From Candidatus Asgardarchaeum abyssi (GTDB lineage Archaea; Asgardarchaeota; Asgardarchaeia; Asgardarchaeales; Asgardarchaeaceae): 56,744 bases of DNA. Of the stretch, positions 9,061-18,704 are shown in pieces; positions within the stretch are counted from its first letter, which is position 1, and every line of letters starts with the position of its first letter. The stretch covers positions 1 to 56,744 of the forward strand of contig JBECUL010000008.1 in assembly GCA_040225955.1 (NCBI GenBank). Reading direction: 5' to 3'. The notes beneath the pieces were generated by a model, which saw nothing but the letters and a program-made list of their open reading frames with translations, searched no databases and was not told the origin of the DNA. The translations under genes and the position numbers were made by a program.

Positions 9061-9801
9061 ATGGATAAAAAAATACAAAAGGCAAAAGAATATGCAGCCT
9101 TAGGTGCACTAAAATTTATTAAAAGTGGGCAAACTCTGGGAATAGGAAGTGGAAGCACTGTAGAAATATTTGTTAAAAAACTTGCAAATGTTATAAACAC
9201 TGGAGTTTTGAAGAATATTAATGTAATTCCAACATCTTATCAGGTGCTTGAAATACTTAGCGATTTGGAAATTCCAATTAGAGATACTTGGGAGAAAATA
9301 AACATAGATGTTACAATTGACGGTGCTGATGAAATAGATAATAATTTTAATATAATCAAAGGTGGGGGAGCTGCTCTTTTAAGGGAAAAAATAATTGCTT
9401 ATAATTCAAAAAAGTATATCATTATTGCGGATTATACGAAATTTACCGATAGACTGTGCTCTAAGAGTTTAATCCCACTAGAAGTTTTGCCCTTTGCGGC
9501 AAAATTTGTATTAAAAAAACTCTCAAATTTCGGATATGCTGAAATTAGATATGCAAAAAATAAAGTTGGTCCGATAATTACCGATAATGGTAATTTAATT
9601 ATTGATTTTAGACCTTCTGAAGATTTCCTAAAGAAGACAAATCTTCGAAATTTAGATCTTTTTTTAAAAAGTATTCCTGGAATTTTAGAAACCGGTCTTT
9701 TTATAGAATATGCAGATATAATAATAAAGGGGCTAATGAATACTTATGAAATATACAATAATGTTTCTACTAGAAGAAATAAAAAGATATTAATTGCCTA
9801 A
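9061..9801 (+). CDS. rpiA: Ribose-5-phosphate isomerase A
   Basis: GIGSGST, DGADE, KGGGAALLREK. Confidence 0.97.
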   Translation: MDKKIQKAKEYAALGALKFIKSGQTLGIGSGSTVEIFVKKLANVINTGVLKNINVIPTSYQVLEILSDLEIPIRDTWEKINIDVTIDGADEIDNNFNIIKGGGAALLREKIIAYNSKKYIIIADYTKFTDRLCSKSLIPLEVLPFAAKFVLKKLSNFGYAEIRYAKNKVGPIITDNGNLIIDFRPSEDFLKKTNLRNLDLFLKSIPGILETGLFIEYADIIIKGLMNTYEIYNNVSTRRNKKILIA

Positions 9802-9826
9802 TAAAAAATAGAAAAATAGCCTATAA

Positions 9827-10474
9827 TCATTCTTCTTCTTTCTTAAATTCTTGTACTATCATATTTATTCTTTTCAACATGTCTTCTATTATTGGAGTCT
9901 CAGCCAGCTCAGAGACTTCTATTACTTTACTTCCTGCTATTGTTGTGGGAGATGGTGTTATAGGAATTTCCTCAGCCTCACGCATTAGGGATTCTATTTC
10001 CTCTTTTTCTCTTAATTCTTCGATTCTATCCCTTAATTTAGCAACTTTTTCTTCATAAAAGCCTTTGATCTTCAGATATTCCTCCTCAGATAAATTATCC
10101 TTATACTTTTCTATCTCCCCTAAGGCAAAATTAGCTATATTCAACTCCAAAGTTAAGGCATTTTTTGATAAATCCGTGAGAGATAATTTTTCACCAACTT
10201 CTACTTTAGTTACTTCAGGTATTGATACGGGAGCTGAGGGGGGAACCACTGGTTTGACTATCTTATTAATTAGGAAATGTGATATTACTAAAACAAGAGC
10301 AAATAAGCCACCAGCTATAAGAATTCTAATTACTAAGGGTAATAAATTTTCAGATAGACCCAAACTAAGTAATGTACTTTCTAAAAGATCGGTGATTTGT
10401 TTTATGATCTGCTCCTCAAGGATATTTCTTATCATATTACCAATATCACCTATCTGTGCCAAAACCATCACCAC
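9827..10474 (-). CDS. Hypothetical membrane-anchored coiled-coil protein
   Basis: Hydrophobic segment at ~aa 45-70, Pro-rich linker, charged heptads. Confidence 0.65.
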   Translation of the reverse strand: MVMVLAQIGDIGNMIRNILEEQIIKQITDLLESTLLSLGLSENLLPLVIRILIAGGLFALVLVISHFLINKIVKPVVPPSAPVSIPEVTKVEVGEKLSLTDLSKNALTLELNIANFALGEIEKYKDNLSEEEYLKIKGFYEEKVAKLRDRIEELREKEEIESLMREAEEIPITPSPTTIAGSKVIEVSELAETPIIEDMLKRINMIVQEFKKEEE

Positions 10475-10647
10475 AATCTGAATATAAAATTATTACATCA
10501 CTTATTTGACCTAAAGAGTAAAGCATTAATAACTAATATAAGATGTCTATCTTTAATATTTAACTATTGTGCATAAAAAACAAATTGAGACGACTTAATA
10601 CCTTCGATTTTAAAATTAGACTTAAAAAATACCTTGGCGCTATATTA

Positions 10648-10721
10648 AGCCGCTGGGGGGCTTTGAACCCCCGACCTCCGCCTTACCAAGGCGGCGCTCT
10701 GACCAGCTGAGCTACAGCGGC
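10648..10721 (-). tRNA. tRNA-Thr(GGT)
   Basis: Cloverleaf; anticodon arm CCGCC-TTGGTAA-GGCGG. Confidence 0.95.
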
Positions 10722-10730
10722 ATCTATAAG

Positions 10731-10830
10731 TGCGGGGGCCGGGATTCGAACCCGGGAACCCCTGCGGGACGGGATATCCTATCCCGGGATCTTGAGTCCC
10801 GCGCCGTTGACCAGGCTTGGCTACCCCCGC
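10731..10830 (-). tRNA. tRNA-Leu(CAA) with 15-nt intron at 37/38 (10776-10790)
   Basis: Long variable arm; 85 nt after removing ATCCCGGGATAGGAT. Confidence 0.92.
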
Positions 10831-10832
10831 GA

Positions 10833-11111
10833 TTATTCTTTCTTATTAAGTGTTTTATAAAAATTTAATAAAAATTTTGCTATGTCACTATTCATGTTAA
10901 GCTTAAAAAATCGCAATCTATTTGCAAGTTGAAATTCTGATATTATGTTCATATCAATTAACGGCTGTATTACTCTGCTGATTGATGAATGAGAAACGCC
11001 CAGAGCTCTTGCTAATTCAGTTAAATATATCATAGAGTTAGGATTTTCTAGGAAGTATTCTATTACTTTCACACGAATTGTTGAACCAAAAATAGATGTT
11101 AATACACCCAA
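10833..11111 (-). CDS. Winged-helix (ArsR-like) protein
   Basis: IFGSTIRVKV..ELARALGVSHSSISR. Confidence 0.8.
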   Translation of the reverse strand: MGVLTSIFGSTIRVKVIEYFLENPNSMIYLTELARALGVSHSSISRVIQPLIDMNIISEFQLANRLRFFKLNMNSDIAKFLLNFYKTLNKKE

Positions 11112-11810
11112 TTAACTCACCCGAAAAATAACCTTTGTTCCCACATCAACACCACTGAGAATTTTTATTAAATTCTCGGGATTGTTACCATTTATGAATA
11201 CTAATGGTATTTTAGACCTAGCAATCACCTTTGCAGCAACTATATCAAAGAGTTCATAACCACCAGCTGTTTGTGATAATTTTTCTATCAAGGTTAATAA
11301 TTTATCTATAGTTATTACTTTTAGTAATTTGGCGTCTTTTTCCTTAGGATTTTTATCATATACCCCATCTACATTAGTTAGATTAATAAGTAAATCAGCT
11401 TTAATAAGTTCCGCTAGGAGTGCAGCAACGGCATTTGTGGACTGACCTGGTTGCATCCCCCCTAAAATAAGAATTCTTCTATTAAGGGCAGGAATTATTT
11501 GCAGCACCTCTTCCCAGCTTCTAGGAATTAGAGGATAGGCGTATTCTTCTAACAACGAAGAAAAAATAAAGGCGTGTATTCTAGAAAAGCTGATACCAAT
11601 AATATCGTTGTGAAATTCGCTTAATCCTAAATCTCTTAAGGTACGAATATATTTCTTAGCTATTGCGCCGCCACCAGTAACTACAAAGAATTCATATCCT
11701 TTCCGAGTAAAATTTTTTAGTATATCAACATAATTCCGGATAAGCGGAACATTTATGTTGAGGGCATTATCAAGTATTATTGATCCGCCAATTTTAAGTA
11801 CTATTTTCAT
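11112..11810 (-). CDS. pyrH: UMP kinase (archaeal type)
   Basis: KIGGS, GGG.IA..YI, PGQSTNAVAA, NVDGVYDKNP. Confidence 0.95.
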   Translation of the reverse strand: MKIVLKIGGSIILDNALNINVPLIRNYVDILKNFTRKGYEFFVVTGGGAIAKKYIRTLRDLGLSEFHNDIIGISFSRIHAFIFSSLLEEYAYPLIPRSWEEVLQIIPALNRRILILGGMQPGQSTNAVAALLAELIKADLLINLTNVDGVYDKNPKEKDAKLLKVITIDKLLTLIEKLSQTAGGYELFDIVAAKVIARSKIPLVFINGNNPENLIKILSGVDVGTKVIFRVS

Positions 11811-11884
11811 AATATGACCCCAAATATATCTTGCGCTTAAATTTGGTAATACATCATAAATATATTTGTAGGAGGTTTTTAAAG

Positions 11885-12994
11885 ATGTCGAAAACTATCA
11901 CAAAAAAGCTTGACTACTTGGAAAGACGAAAACTAACAAGAATAATAGAAAGACTTTCTAAGTATAAGGGCAGGCATTCATCTTTAACTACATTATATAT
12001 TCCATCCAGCAAAAATTTGGTAGACGTTATTAATTTTCTTAAACAAGAATACGAAACCGCAGGCAACATAAAGGACAAAACAAATAGAAAAATGGTTCAA
12101 GACAATTTGCAAAAAATGATTAATGAACTACAGAAATATAAAAAATTACCAGAAAATGGTGTTGCTTTATTTTTTGGATATCATGAAATTAGTGAGGGGA
12201 GTTTTGAGGAAATAAAGGAAATTATAGTTCCTCCTCTTCCAATTAAACAATTTATATATATATGTGGAAAAGAGTTCTATGTTGAACCTCTTAAAGAGAT
12301 GGCAGCACCTAGAAATATAATAGGAGTTGTTATCTTAGAGGCAGGACACTACACAATAGCTCTTATTAAGGGGAAGCATATAGAAATACTTAAGGATGAT
12401 GATTATTACATTATAGGGAAGACAAGACGCGGCGGTCAGAGTGCTCGAAGATTTGAAAGATTAAGAGAAGAGCAAGTAAATAACTTTTATAAACATCTTG
12501 CAAAAGAAGTTAATGAGCTATTTTTGCCAATGATTAATGATATAGAAGCCGTTGTTTTTGGTGGAAATACGCTGAGAGCTATGGAATTTCTTGAAAAAGA
12601 TTTACTGGACTATAGAATAAAGAATAAAATTATAAGTAAAGTTATTCCGACATCATTAATTAATCCGCAAGGAGTTTTCCAAATGACGAAAGAAATAGCC
12701 GAGATAATAAAGAGCTCAGAAATAGCCAGAGAGAGAAAATTATGGGAAGACTTTAAGGAAAAACTTGCAAGAAATGATAAGCTAATAACCTATGGTAAAG
12801 ATGAAGTATTAGATTTATTAAAGCAAGGAAGAGTTGATACCGTTTTAATATCTGAGAATATGGGTGATTTAGTAGATGAAATAATTGAATTAGCTGAACA
12901 ATTTGGAACAAAAGTAGAAATTTTCAGTTCACAAACTGAATCAGGGCAAGAGTTGTTGGCATTTGGAGGAATAGTAGCATTTCTTAGATGGTAA
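11885..12994 (+). CDS. prf1: Peptide chain release factor aRF1
   Basis: NIKD (NIKS-like), YICGKEF, GGQSARRF, FGGIVAFLRW; likely start ATG 11885. Confidence 0.93.
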   Translation: MSKTITKKLDYLERRKLTRIIERLSKYKGRHSSLTTLYIPSSKNLVDVINFLKQEYETAGNIKDKTNRKMVQDNLQKMINELQKYKKLPENGVALFFGYHEISEGSFEEIKEIIVPPLPIKQFIYICGKEFYVEPLKEMAAPRNIIGVVILEAGHYTIALIKGKHIEILKDDDYYIIGKTRRGGQSARRFERLREEQVNNFYKHLAKEVNELFLPMINDIEAVVFGGNTLRAMEFLEKDLLDYRIKNKIISKVIPTSLINPQGVFQMTKEIAEIIKSSEIARERKLWEDFKEKLARNDKLITYGKDEVLDLLKQGRVDTVLISENMGDLVDEIIELAEQFGTKVEIFSSQTESGQELLAFGGIVAFLRW

Positions 12995-13057
12995 CTATTC
13001 ATAAAGTAAATACGGAGGGCAGAAAAGTTTATATTGCGTTGAGAATAACTTTCATAT

Positions 13058-13365
13058 GGAACGGTGAGAGCGGAAGGGCGGCTCACGGGGAACTCCTGAG
13101 GAAAGTCCCCCCTCCCGTAGCGGTGTGGCGAAAGCCACCACGGGAGACCGTGGCTCCGGGCACAGAAATGAGACGCCCTTACATCGATGAAGATGATGCA
13201 ACAATACAAGTTGTTGATGAGATGTAAGGTCCCGTTGAAACATGCCCGTCACCGCGGGAGCAAGTCGATGACCAAAGGGAGACGCATAGTCTAATGCCGC
13301 CAGGGGGAGTAAAGCAATTTACTCCCCGTAACAGAAGGGGGCTTACTCTCCGCACTCACCGTTCC
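13058..13365 (+). ncRNA. rnpB: RNase P RNA (archaeal)
   Basis: P1 GGAACGGTGAG/CTCACCGTTCC, GAGGAAAGTCC and ACAGAA..GGCTTA conserved regions, GC-rich island. Confidence 0.95.
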
Positions 13366-13888
13366 TTTTCATACTTTTAATTATTTCTTGTTCAATTAGT
13401 TTTATTTCCTCTTGAGACTTAGCACGTGAATATTTTTCTAGATATTCTTTATTAATACTAAGAAAAGCATTACCCCATTTGAAAAGAGATAGTAACTTTA
13501 GTGAATGGCTCTTATATCCTAAAATATACAATGTTGCTGCTAGTGCTTCTACAGAGCTTAAGATGTATGGTCTTCCAAAATTAATGGGGTTTGCTGCTAC
13601 TAGATACGGTAATTTTCGATCATATTTGGTTGGTTTTTTAAAGAAATTGCATGCATCTTTCCATGAAACATCAAATACTAAGATTCCATGCCTTAGTGCA
13701 ATTTGTTTATCGGATGGTATAAGATAAACAAAAGCATAAGGATTTAGAAAAATAGCTCTTTTGGGAAGTCTATGAACAAATTTCACAAAACCTTGTCTAT
13801 AAAGTTTTTCAGCTGTACACTTCTTTGGATCATCCTGATGTTTATGATAAACTAGAAGTTTTGGCATTTTATTATTATATAATGACAT
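13343..13888 (-). CDS. tsr3: SSU rRNA aminocarboxypropyltransferase Tsr3
   Basis: QDDPKKCTA, RKLPYLVAANPINFG, LSSVEALAA, FKWG. Confidence 0.93.
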   Translation of the reverse strand: MSLYNNKMPKLLVYHKHQDDPKKCTAEKLYRQGFVKFVHRLPKRAIFLNPYAFVYLIPSDKQIALRHGILVFDVSWKDACNFFKKPTKYDRKLPYLVAANPINFGRPYILSSVEALAATLYILGYKSHSLKLLSLFKWGNAFLSINKEYLEKYSRAKSQEEIKLIEQEIIKSMKRNGECGE

Positions 13889-13901
13889 TTCTAAATCACT
13901 T

Positions 13902-15479
13902 TTATTTTTTTAACAACATAAAATCTTCTATAAATAACACATCAACTAATCCTTTTTTTAGCGTCATAATAGCATCCTCTGGTGAACAAACAATGGGTTC
14001 ACCATGCATATTAAGGCTTGTATTTATCACAATCGGCACTCCAATGTAATTAGATACTTGTGTTATTATTTCCCGATATTTAGGATTTTCATCACATAGA
14101 GTTTGTGGTCGTGTAGTATTATCTTTATGTACGATAGCAGGGGTTTCAGTTAATGCCTTTTCTGTAACCATAAATGCAAATGTCATAAATCTGGACTCAA
14201 ATGAATTTAATAAATATTCATGCGCGTTTTCATTTAATATTGTTGGAGCTAGGGGTTGAAACCATTCTCGTCTTTTTCTCATATTAATCCACTTTTTATT
14301 TTCTTCGTATATGGGATTTGCAAGAACCGACCTATTTCCAAGGGCTCTTGGTCCAAATTCCATTCTACCTTGAAATAAACCAACAATTTTATTTTCTTCA
14401 ATAAGTTTTGGTATTTCATCCTCTCTTGAGACTTCAAGTACATTCAAGGAGTTTTTAAATTTACTAATTGTTTCTTTAATAGCATTCTCACTAAACTGAG
14501 GACCTAAATATACATGAGAAAGTTTTTTAGGATATAGGTGTTTCCCTTCAACCTGTTTTATTCTTGATAGTACTTCAAGTGCTGCTCCAACCGGGAGCCC
14601 ACCATCACCAATATGAGGAAAAACCCAAAGGTCTTCAATAAGTTCTAGTTCTTTTAGATACATATTTAATTGAACATTACCAGCAATACCGCCAGCAAAC
14701 ACGACTTTTCTTATATTATATAATTCTATGGCTTTTTCAAAAAATCTTATTACAAGATCTAAAAGATGTTTTTGTGCGGCAGCTGCGAGATCGAAATGAT
14801 TAATATCAGTATTAATTTTATTCTTAAGATATTTGGTGACACGATGGCCAACAAAGCCTAATAAATTTTTAAATGTTAGTCTATTAATATCAATATCAAT
14901 AATTTCTCTCATAAGATGCAAATATTTCTCAGAGTCACCGTACGCAGCCATACTTGCAACTTTATGCTCATCTGACATAGGCTTATACCCCAAAAATTCT
15001 GTAATAGAAGCAAAAAAATCACCTACGCTATTTATGTATGAGATATTATATAATGGAATTATTCTACCATTAATTCCTATAGATAGACTCCCTGATAGGC
15101 CATCACCAGCTGCATCTAGAGTTATAACAAGTGCTTTATTGAAACCTGAGGTGAAATATGCTGATGCAGCATGTGATAAGTGATGTCCTATGTATATAAT
15201 AGGAGAGCTTGGGAATAGAGCTTCGATAGCTTGCTCAAATTCTTTACATCTTTTTTCTCGTCTAAAAATACCACCCACTGCAATGTATATCATTTCATCA
15301 GCAAGATCATTTTCCTCTAGATAATGTTTAATATGCTGTAGTGAATTATAGGGTATTCCTCTTTGATGTTTTATTCTAGAGAAACGTTCTTCTGAAACAG
15401 CTGATATTATATTACCGTCTTGATCTATAACAGCAGCACCGGCATCATGCCCGTCAGATACTCCAATGATTACGCTCAT
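13902..15479 (-). CDS. Carbamoyltransferase, NodU/CmcH family
   Basis: HDAGAA, EERFSRIK, HHLSHAASA, GRMEFGPRALGNRS, NTSLNMHGEPIV. Confidence 0.93.
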   Translation of the reverse strand: MSVIIGVSDGHDAGAAVIDQDGNIISAVSEERFSRIKHQRGIPYNSLQHIKHYLEENDLADEMIYIAVGGIFRREKRCKEFEQAIEALFPSSPIIYIGHHLSHAASAYFTSGFNKALVITLDAAGDGLSGSLSIGINGRIIPLYNISYINSVGDFFASITEFLGYKPMSDEHKVASMAAYGDSEKYLHLMREIIDIDINRLTFKNLLGFVGHRVTKYLKNKINTDINHFDLAAAAQKHLLDLVIRFFEKAIELYNIRKVVFAGGIAGNVQLNMYLKELELIEDLWVFPHIGDGGLPVGAALEVLSRIKQVEGKHLYPKKLSHVYLGPQFSENAIKETISKFKNSLNVLEVSREDEIPKLIEENKIVGLFQGRMEFGPRALGNRSVLANPIYEENKKWINMRKRREWFQPLAPTILNENAHEYLLNSFESRFMTFAFMVTEKALTETPAIVHKDNTTRPQTLCDENPKYREIITQVSNYIGVPIVINTSLNMHGEPIVCSPEDAIMTLKKGLVDVLFIEDFMLLKK

Positions 15480-15535
15480 GCAATCACCATAAAAATATAT
15501 TTACTCTAAAAATTTTAATATAACGTACAAATCCA

Positions 15536-16873
15536 ATGGTGTTATTAATGGCCATTTTACACATAGGTATTGATGATACCGATTCAGGCGAGTACGGTGG
15601 ATGTACAACATATATAGGCGCACTGTTAGTTGAGAGACTTTCAAGAGAAAAAGTAGAATTTATCGATTATCCCAACTTAATAAGATTGAATCCCAATATA
15701 CCATTTAGAACGAGAGGAAACGCGGCAGTCGTTTTACGATTAAAAATAAGTGATAATTATCTTGAGAAAATAAAGGACATAGTTATTAATGTTGTAGAGA
15801 ATTTCTCTATGATTAAGGATCCGAAAACAAATCCAGGAATTGTTTTCTATAATGGAAGTATAACCGACGATCTAAAAAACTTCTACTACAAAGCAGTCAG
15901 AGGCTTTGTAACACTTGATGAGGCAATTAAGCTCATCAAAAAGCATAACATGCATTCATATAAAATTAAAAAGGGATTAGGAATAATAGGAGCTACTGCA
16001 GGAATAGGTGCTGATTTAACAAAAGACTATACTTTTGAACTATTGGCTTATAGATATCACGACCATAGAGAAAAAATAAGAAAAATAGATTCTCTATCCG
16101 TTAAAATTATGGATTTACTTCTTGGAAATGTTACATTCAATAATTACGATTATTTTTCAAAAAGAGTTTTAATTTCGCCACATGGATTAGATCCTGTACT
16201 TTTTGGGGTTAGAGGCGAATATGCAGAATGTGTTTATATAGCCTCTAAACTTATACAAGCATACGAGCCTATAGAAAGATGGGTAATATTTAGAACAAAT
16301 CAAGGAACAGATGCTCATATGACTCTTAAAAAAATTTCCGAGTTAAAAGAATATGATTGTGGAATAATAGAGGGTGTCATTGAATACCCTCCAAGGGTGA
16401 TACAAGGTGGTCATACCTTTTTTGTTATTAAGGATAACACTGGTAGTGTAACATGCGCTGTTTATGCGCCTACAGGCATGTTAAATAAAGTTGCAAGAAT
16501 GTTATGTCCTGGAGATACTGTCAGAGTTTTTGGAAGCCTTGTAAGAAAAAATAACGTTATTAATTTTAATGTAGAAAAAATGGAAATTTTATCACTTGCC
16601 AAAAAGTATGTTTTAAGAAACCCTCGATGCCCTAAATGTGGAAAGACTATGACCTCTGCAGGTAAAAATAAAGGATTTAAGTGCAAAAACTGTGGCTATA
16701 AAACTAAAAACTTAACAAAGGTAAAAGTTAATGTACCAAGAAGCATAAAAATAGGAATTTATGTTTCTGATAAAAAAGCTCAAAGACATTTAACTAAACC
16801 TATAGAAAGATATGATATAAGGTTACCTAAGCCTTCAATTGATCGCTTAATCGATCTATGGCATTTTCCTTGA
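15536..16873 (+). CDS. tiaS: tRNA(Ile2) agmatinylcytidine synthase
   Basis: IGIDDTDS..GCTT, RLNPNIP..TRGN, TNQGTD, OB fold and Zn ribbon. Confidence 0.95.
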   Translation: MVLLMAILHIGIDDTDSGEYGGCTTYIGALLVERLSREKVEFIDYPNLIRLNPNIPFRTRGNAAVVLRLKISDNYLEKIKDIVINVVENFSMIKDPKTNPGIVFYNGSITDDLKNFYYKAVRGFVTLDEAIKLIKKHNMHSYKIKKGLGIIGATAGIGADLTKDYTFELLAYRYHDHREKIRKIDSLSVKIMDLLLGNVTFNNYDYFSKRVLISPHGLDPVLFGVRGEYAECVYIASKLIQAYEPIERWVIFRTNQGTDAHMTLKKISELKEYDCGIIEGVIEYPPRVIQGGHTFFVIKDNTGSVTCAVYAPTGMLNKVARMLCPGDTVRVFGSLVRKNNVINFNVEKMEILSLAKKYVLRNPRCPKCGKTMTSAGKNKGFKCKNCGYKTKNLTKVKVNVPRSIKIGIYVSDKKAQRHLTKPIERYDIRLPKPSIDRLIDLWHFP

Positions 16874-16891
16874 AATAAAAAAGATATACCA

Positions 16892-17344
16892 TTAGATTTT
16901 TTCTTCTTCAAGTTCCTCCTCAGATGGTTGTAAAGGTATCCCATATATCGAGTGTATATATAGCTGACCATTTTTACAACTAGGGCATTTTTCTAATTGC
17001 TTAAATACATAATAACCGCGCTCATATTTTCTAATCTCTTTATATTCACAATTAGTACATTTTACAAGAACTTCAATCTTATATGCTGGAGCGATTATAG
17101 CTGGCAGTTTACCAGATCTTAGTGATAAACCATATGAAAATAATTTAAGGGATAATATATAAATTATTGTTGCAAGTAGTGGAAAGTATATTGGTAATGC
17201 AACAAGTGTCGTAAGAAAAATTGATATGAAAAATATGGCAATTGTAGACATTATTTGAAAGTATTTACCTATAAATCCAAATATAGATGATTTAAAATAT
17301 CTATGATGATGTGAGATATTATTATTTTTGCCATTATCATTCAA
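16892..17344 (-). CDS. Hypothetical membrane protein with C-terminal zinc ribbon
   Basis: Two hydrophobic helices, CTNC...CPSC; overlaps the DUF1512 stop. Confidence 0.7.
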   Translation of the reverse strand: MNDNGKNNNISHHHRYFKSSIFGFIGKYFQIMSTIAIFFISIFLTTLVALPIYFPLLATIIYILSLKLFSYGLSLRSGKLPAIIAPAYKIEVLVKCTNCEYKEIRKYERGYYVFKQLEKCPSCKNGQLYIHSIYGIPLQPSEEELEEEKI

Positions 17345-18513
17345 TTTGAATCACCCATCCATAAACCTATACCGCTAGAGTTTCCTATTCCAGCTATTAT
17401 CAAGTAATCTCCTTCCTTTGTAAATCGATTTATGATATGTTCTAGCTTTTCAATGGCCTTCTCAGAAGCATTATCTATTTCTTTACGCATGGGGGTTATT
17501 GCTTCTTCTATGCTTTCTTTAATTACTATAGCATCCAGAGATATACCATTTTCCGTTGCAGTATACTCAATTTTGTATTTTTCAGGCCCAGGATCTCCAA
17601 TGGCGGCACCTACGCCTACTATGACATCTCCCGTTTTCTCACCTTCTAGTTTAAGCCCTGCATCAACAGTAATTATTCTTTTAATCTTGTTACCGTACTT
17701 TTTTACAAGCTTATAGACAGCTTCACCTGGCTTTCCTACTCTACCGCCAGGACCATTTGCACGGACGATTATGACATGTCTTTTATTTACCATGAAATGT
17801 GATGAATATATTTCTGGTGCTAAATTATCGATTCTCTCGTAAATTTCACTCTGAGGCCTATATTTTTGTTCTAATCTTGTGACAACTAGAGGGCCTATGC
17901 TATCACCTATAGGAATTCCATCAGCAAATGCTCTTAATGCATGAAAATATGATTTTGCTATTTTCATTATTAGAGGAAGTTGCATTTGTATCTGAGCTAT
18001 AAAGAAAATATTATTTGTTCTTTTTCCAAGCAGGTAATAATGCCTAACTACTCTATATATATAATGAAGGGACATTGATGCCTCTAGTGTGTTTTCAATA
18101 TTAGCTCTTACATCTGGATCCGCTGTAGGGACCAAATCACTTATATCAATTTCATATTTTTTCTTTCTTACATCAAGAACATGTTCCAATCTTTTTAAAA
18201 CACCATAAGGATCCTTATCAACAGGTTCTATAATGAATAACTCTCTCAATTCTTCAACTTTTGGTGTAGGATCTACTTCTTTATTTATTTCTTTAATCAT
18301 GTGAATAACTATTTTTTTCCCTTGGACATCCATTTGCTTTAACTGAAGAAGAGCTACCCTAATTTGATTTATCCAAACCCAAAGCTGAAATTTTTGTCCA
18401 TAGAGAGCAGTAAACATAATGAATGCTATTATTAATATCTGAAATAGCCAACTTAACCAGTCAGATGGAATATCTATATCAAATTGAAGCAATAGCAGAA
18501 AGTTTTTTTGCAT
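17341..18513 (-). CDS. DUF1512 family protein
   Basis: PIGDSIGPLV, GPGGRVGKPG, VDAGLKLEGE, GVGAAIGDPGPEK. Confidence 0.85.
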   Translation of the reverse strand: MQKNFLLLLQFDIDIPSDWLSWLFQILIIAFIMFTALYGQKFQLWVWINQIRVALLQLKQMDVQGKKIVIHMIKEINKEVDPTPKVEELRELFIIEPVDKDPYGVLKRLEHVLDVRKKKYEIDISDLVPTADPDVRANIENTLEASMSLHYIYRVVRHYYLLGKRTNNIFFIAQIQMQLPLIMKIAKSYFHALRAFADGIPIGDSIGPLVVTRLEQKYRPQSEIYERIDNLAPEIYSSHFMVNKRHVIIVRANGPGGRVGKPGEAVYKLVKKYGNKIKRIITVDAGLKLEGEKTGDVIVGVGAAIGDPGPEKYKIEYTATENGISLDAIVIKESIEEAITPMRKEIDNASEKAIEKLEHIINRFTKEGDYLIIAGIGNSSGIGLWMGDSN

Positions 18514-18704
18514 TTATATTTTGTCCTCCTATCACTTAACTTTTATTTTTCCTGTTATAGGTTTCCTATAAGGAATAAAACGGATAAGTTAATAAATTTT
18601 CTTTTATTTACGTTGAAGTTTTTGATTAAAAGCAACAATAGATAGTATAATAGTAATCATTAATTATAGATTCTTTAATCAGTTTAACTTTTATATCTTC
18701 TTTA

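Noticed and set aside
12060-12080. aRF1 NIKD instead of NIKS as sign of an altered genetic code
   Set aside because: This position varies among archaea, and all three stop codons terminate genes in the window
12790-13252. Three overlapping ORFs
   Set aside because: Explained by the GC-rich RNase P RNA and antisense aRF1
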